A stretch of DNA of 64,000 nt from Octopus vulgaris (lineage: Eukaryota), in the NCBI GenBank assembly GCA_951406725.2, contig OX597830.1:16988001-17052000 (forward strand). Reading direction: 5' to 3'. How positions within the stretch are numbered: the first letter of the stretch is position 1; every line of letters starts with the position of its first letter. The notes beneath the pieces are model-generated. The model made no database searches and was not told the origin of the DNA. It was given only the letters and a program-made list of their open reading frames with translations. The translations under genes were made by a program, and so were the position numbers. Shown piece by piece: positions 62,209 through 64,000 of this stretch.

Positions 62209-62998
62209 CTCTACAGGATACATCACTGCATGTTCAGTGTGCAGTAAGATGATCAAAACTTTTCTCAAGCCACACTCACTCTACTGTCTCAAAATAAGAG
62301 GTACATATTTTATAATATATCTGAGATGCAGTATATTGAAAGTAAAAAGACAAAAAAAACTGGATAATCACAGGTAGAATATCTTTGCACCTAAGTTTAC
62401 TGGCTCAGGACTGACCTAGGGCTAAACAGCATCAGCCACAACCTACTTGACCACGAAATAAGTCTATATCCTGGAGCGTGGATCTTTAGTGTTTTATTGA
62501 AGTTATTAATAACTAGTTAAAGGCATGAAAGTTAAGTAATATAAAATATGGGATTCCTAGAATTTAAGTCTCACTGTAACCATTGTCTGAGGTTGTTTTT
62601 TTTTTTTTGTGTGTGTGTCTGTTCTTTGTATAGATAAGATACACATCAGTTAGTCAAAAAAAACCCACCACTTCAGTGCTTATTACTTTATGGTAAATGG
62701 ATCAGCCTTTGAAAGCAATAACCATGTGACTCTCCTACAATAAACAATGAAGTTTTAGTTTACAGCAGAAGCATGTATCTCCGGTTAGCACTGAGAAATA
62801 ATTGTAAAAAAGATAATTAAAAAAAAGAAAAAGAAAAGAAAAAAACTTAAACAGAAAAAAGAAAAATGGGTTTTAAAATGGCTAACATCCAAACAGGTTG
62901 AATTCGATAATTAACTTAGTATTAACATATTTGAAACACCACCAAAATGCTTAACTAAAAATAACAAAATAAACCGAAGAAATAAAAATGGTAGCAAA

Positions 62999-63287
62999 TC
63001 TATATATATAAAAGAGAGGTTGTGTGTCTGTCTCCTACGATTTAGATTCCTAACTACTCCCACATTTTGCGGTGCAGTTTAACCAAAACCGGGTATCTTA
63101 TAGTCGTGATTCATATCGAGCCCTTCTGATTATTAGCGCGCGTCTACGATTTAAAAAAAAATTTACCATCATTTTTTTCCCATTTTTAATGCAGTTTTTT
63201 GCTATTATATAAGGGAAGTAACTCTCGAAAAATGCTTATATAGTTATTTCCCTTACAAACCCGAGCAATGCCGGGCGATACTGCTAG
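62999..63287 (+). mobile_element. Non-autonomous Helitron (different family)
   Basis: A|TC start; hairpin cccgagcaatgccggg similar to the end of the 4112 element; CTAG|T end. Confidence 0.85.
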
Positions 63288-63363
63288 TTACTAATATTAC
63301 TTTAATATTCGGTGATGAGCTGGCAGGATCATTAAGCCTGACGGGCAAAGTGCTTAACGGCAT

Positions 63364-63614
63364 CTCATATACATTATTTACATTCGACGAATATTTGTCC
63401 TCATCTTGTTTTTTGTTAACACAACGTTTTGGCTGATATACCTTCCAGCCTTCTTCAGGTGTCTTGGTGAAATTTCGAACCTGGGTTCTCATTTCTAAGG
63501 TAGGAATGGCTGGAGGGTATATCAGCCGAAACGTTGTGTTAACAACAAACAAAATGAGGGCAAATATCCATCGAATGTAAATAATGTACATAATTCCTCA
63601 TCTCTTAAATACAG
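63364..63614. mobile_element. Penelope-like pLTR fragment as an inverted pair, inserted in a SINE
   Basis: Arms 63370-63450 and 63508-63588; hammerhead core; flanking direct repeat AACGGCAT (63356-63363 / 63615-63622); PLE assignment is inference. Confidence 0.6.
63418..63463 (-). ncRNA. Minimal hammerhead ribozyme motif with G12A change
   Basis: Minus strand: GACAC-CTGAAGA-A-GGCTG..CAGCC-AAAA-CG-TT-GTGTT; the inverted partner copy at 63508-63540 retains GAAA. Confidence 0.65.
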
Positions 63615-63690
63615 AACGGCATTCCATCTGTCTTTACATTCTGATGTTCTAATTCCACCAAGGTCAACTTTGCCTTTCATCCTTTCAGGG

Positions 63691-64000
63691 TTACTTTTTT
63701 ACTCTTTTACTTGTTTCAGTCATTTGACTGCGGCCATGCTGGAGCATCACCTTTAGTCAAAGAAATCGACCCCAGGACTTATTCTTTGTAAGCCAAGTAC
63801 TTCTTCTATCGATCTCTTTTGTCAAACCGGTAAGTGACAGGGACATAAACACACCAGCATCAATCATCAAGCAATGTTGGGGGACAAACAGACACACAAA
63901 CACACACACATATATATACACACAAACACATATATACAACGGGCTTCTTTCAGTTTCCGTCTACCAAATCCACTCACAGGGTTTTGGTCGGCACGAGGCT
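63691..64000 (-). mobile_element. SINE copy truncated by the window end
   Basis: Matches 11832-12095. Confidence 0.85.

Overview
Eukaryotic, AT-rich, repeat-dense genomic DNA. The SINE/LINE repertoire is that of a coleoid cephalopod, most likely Octopus (inferred from recognised repeat families). Two convergent spliced genes can be reconstructed by hand with phase-compatible GT-AG introns. (1) A 5-exon plus-strand gene (CDS 14416-28271, 276 aa) that the ORF track shows only as fragments. It carries a basic N-terminus, an FPxF motif, a WTPFP motif and a C-terminal CCHC UBZ zinc finger followed by D-I-W, matching FAAP20 (Fanconi anaemia core complex subunit), which was originally described as vertebrate-only. 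(2) The 3' five coding exons of an SH3BP5L (Rab11 GEF) orthologue on the minus strand (55545-45405), with a long disordered tail and possibly a ~10.8 kb 3'UTR. The rest is transposon-derived: a decayed Helitron Rep region and five non-autonomous Helitrons, a near full-length CR1/L2-group LINE, RTE fragments with variable tandem arrays, tRNA-derived SINEs, hAT and piggyBac MITEs, and microsatellites. At least four unrelated short elements contain type-I hammerhead ribozyme cores; one (43097-43166) is intact on paper. Three of them are arranged as fold-back inverted repeats, the layout expected of Penelope-like pLTRs. All calls are from manual reading; no database searches were run.
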